The notes under the pieces are model-generated. The model did not search any database. It saw only the letters and a list, made by a program, of their open reading frames with translations, and was not told where the DNA came from. Of a stretch of DNA of 64,000 bases, positions 62,042-64,000 are shown one piece after another; within the stretch, counting starts at the first letter, position 1, and the number at the start of each line of letters is the position of its first letter. Position numbers and translations under genes: made by a program. The DNA comes from Acidimicrobiia bacterium (GTDB lineage Bacteria; Actinomycetota; Acidimicrobiia; UBA2766), in the NCBI GenBank assembly GCA_038904395.1, contig JBCKKC010000003.1:1856-65855 (forward strand), in the 5' to 3' direction.

Positions 62042-62306
62042 CCGGTTACAAGCCTTCTTTTCGTAAAACTTCAGTCGTTAATCTTGCGCCCACCGAGCAA
62101 CAACCCGGGACTCCCCAGTCACCCTCGAAGTCTGGGACCCCCGCGGTCACCCCGAGGAGAGGTACAGTGCATGAGCTACGAGGCAATAATCCACGAAACC
62201 CACCGAGGCACAGGCTAGCGGGTGCGCGCCACCTTTGAGAGCTTAGCCATCAAAATTCCTTATTCATTTATTTACCCAAGAACGAGCTCCAAGTTGAACG
62301 CATCAA

Positions 62307-63566
62307 TCAGGCCCAGAGGGCAGCGAGAGGTAGACCGAAAAGGCGATCACCCCACGGCAAAGATTGGGAGCCTGTGTATAAGACGATCCCCGTCACGAAT
62401 CGCCCTGATAGCTTGTCACGGAGTCGCTTGAGCCAACGGAAATCGGTGTCCGATAGGCTGGCTGATGCTTTGATTTCCAATGCGACTATACGCCCATCGG
62501 GCGCTTCTAGGATCACGTCTACTTCCGCCCTCTCCAGTTCTCGGTAATGATAGAGACGAGGCTCAGTCTCCGAAAGAGGGATCTGCTTGCGTAATTCCGA
62601 AAGGACAAACGTTTCTACCAGCGTTCCCGCAGGATCGGGGTCGATTGTGACTGCTAGTCGCTCCGCTTCAACATTAACGAGCCACGCCGCGAGTCCGCTA
62701 TCTAGCAGGGCTATCTTGGGTGAGCGAGCGATGCGCTTGGAGAGGTTGTTTGACCAGGCTGGAATGCGCTGAACCAGGTAGAGCGTCTCGAGTAGCGCAA
62801 GATAGGGCGGTAATGTACTCGGATGTATTCCTGACTCGCGAGCCAAGGTTGCTTGAGATACTGTAGATGCGCTGTGAGAAGCTATGAGCCTGAGCAATGT
62901 GGGCAGGTGTTCAATGTGGTGGAGGTTGGAGATATCGAGGGCATCGCGCTGCGTGATGCGAGCAATGTAGTTGTCGAACCAAGATCGCTGCCGTCTGGGG
63001 ATTGTTCGTGCCAGGGGCTCAGGGTATCCGCCCGCGCAGACAAGTCTTAGGTAGCTGGCTCGATCCGGCAAGTCACTTGGTAAAGTGGCAACTTTCTTGC
63101 CAGAGAATGCAGTGTCGATAAACCGTTCTTGGTGGCCCCTGAGTTCGCCTTGGGATAAGCCGAAGAGCTCGACGCTTTCGGCACGGCCGGCCAGACTATC
63201 TTCAATGGCGGGTAACCGCAACAAATTTGCCGACCCTGTCAAGAGAAATCTGCCGGGACGACGGTCACTATCGGCCGATGTTTTTAGGGCAAGGATTAGC
63301 TCAGGAACGCGTTGTATTTCGTCTATTACCAAGCAGCCACTGGGAAGCTGGTTTACAAAAGTCACCGGGTCGACTTTTGCGGCTCCACGCGTCCCTAAGT
63401 CATCTAGCGTGCGATATAGGCCCCCTCGACGGGCCAGGATTTCCTTTGCGAGCGTGCTTTTGCCAACCTGTCGAGCTCCCTGGATCACAGCGATTGGAGT
63501 ATCCGCTAGAACATCGTCGACAAGCTTACTCGCATGCCTTGGAATGAGTTTTGCTTCCACAGGCAC
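62307..63566 (-). CDS. AAA ATPase with DUF4143-type C-terminal domain
   Basis: Walker A VIQGARQVGKSTLA and Walker B CLVIDEIQ. The C-terminal part (...EVDVILEAPDGRIVALEIKAS...) has a restriction-endonuclease-like E-x-K signature typical of AAA_14/DUF4143 proteins. Confidence 0.75.
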   Translation of the reverse strand: MPVEAKLIPRHASKLVDDVLADTPIAVIQGARQVGKSTLAKEILARRGGLYRTLDDLGTRGAAKVDPVTFVNQLPSGCLVIDEIQRVPELILALKTSADSDRRPGRFLLTGSANLLRLPAIEDSLAGRAESVELFGLSQGELRGHQERFIDTAFSGKKVATLPSDLPDRASYLRLVCAGGYPEPLARTIPRRQRSWFDNYIARITQRDALDISNLHHIEHLPTLLRLIASHSASTVSQATLARESGIHPSTLPPYLALLETLYLVQRIPAWSNNLSKRIARSPKIALLDSGLAAWLVNVEAERLAVTIDPDPAGTLVETFVLSELRKQIPLSETEPRLYHYRELERAEVDVILEAPDGRIVALEIKASASLSDTDFRWLKRLRDKLSGRFVTGIVLYTGSQSLPWGDRLFGLPLAALWA

Positions 63567-63580
63567 TTATTCTATCGACA

Positions 63581-63668
63581 CTCGTTGATATGAGCAATCT
63601 ATCTCGTGGATTTGAGGCATATTCCTCGTAGATATGAGCCCCTATGCTCGTAGAAATGATGGCCGTGC
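63581..63668. repeat. Four tandem imperfect 22-bp direct repeats (iteron/operator-like array)
   Basis: ctcgttgatatgagcaatctat / ctcgtggatttgaggcatattc / ctcgtagatatgagcccctatg / ctcgtagaaatgatggccgtgc, in exact 22-bp register starting 15 bp upstream of the ATPase start codon. Confidence 0.8.
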
Positions 63669-63883
63669 CCGATATGTTGCGGCCCTTGGCGTCTCAATAT
63701 TGGGGACCTCGAACACGCGTGTATGCCGTTATAGTTGTATGACGCACGGTCACTTGCACCCCGAAGAAGGATAGGAAATGCTGACTCTGAGGCTCCCCGA
63801 CGATATCTAACACCCAATTTCACCCTTTACCCAATCGCAATTAATCTATATGATTAGGACTGATTACTGATTGAGGAGCGGAT

Positions 63884-64000
63884 ATGACAACCAAGGTACT
63901 CACAGCCCACATCCCTTTGCAGCTAGCGACACAAGTTGACCAGATGGCTGCACGTCTCGAACGCTCACGAGGCTGGATCGTGAAACAGGCGTTGATTGCT
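63884..64000 (+). CDS. Ribbon-helix-helix (CopG/antitoxin-type) protein, 3' partial at window edge
   Basis: ATG preceded by the SD gaggag. MTTKVLTAHIPLQLATQVDQMAARLERSRGWIVKQALIA shows the beta-strand/helix/helix RHH pattern. The frame is open to nt 64000. Confidence 0.6.
   Translation, partial: MTTKVLTAHIPLQLATQVDQMAARLERSRGWIVKQALIA

Overview
64-kb chromosomal segment, mid-50s % GC by eye. The host looks like an actinobacterium or Chloroflexi-type organism, but I cannot determine this from the sequence.

Content in order:
1. A tandem array of four secreted paralogs (1-10956). All share a C-terminal seven-repeat, propeller-like domain behind swapped N-terminal modules; one carries a matrixin-like protease head.
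2. A 955-aa glycine-rich lipoprotein, transaldolase, a Cys-rich lipoprotein, a truncated Lhr helicase, a nitroreductase and tRNA-Tyr.
3. Two secreted matrixin-like protease / IPT-TIG proteins.
4. An ABC importer of the NitT/TauT type.
5. A MidA-type methyltransferase coupled to a wHTH-nucleotidyltransferase.
6. An 11-gene nuo operon lacking nuoEFG (28841-39564).
7. A small accessory islet: vapBC, DUF234-type ATPase, a MarR remnant plus an intact MarR, patatin and a secreted protein.
8. A complete 14-gene nuo operon (45363-62041).
9. A DUF4143-type ATPase and a partial RHH gene.

Most notable non-genic structure:
- A modular hairpin-rich MITE/BIME-like repeat family has seven copies, and five of them sit inside intercistronic junctions of the two nuo operons.
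- Several copies are flanked by short direct repeats. These allow exact reconstruction of the ancestral stop/start junctions.
- One copy (5839-6749, perfect 12-bp TIRs, 7-bp TSD) is itself split by a 689-nt ORF-less group II intron (5869-6557, minus strand). The intron has a canonical domain V/VI, and its excision restores the repeat consensus exactly.

All calls come from reading the sequence and ORF translations. No database search was run.
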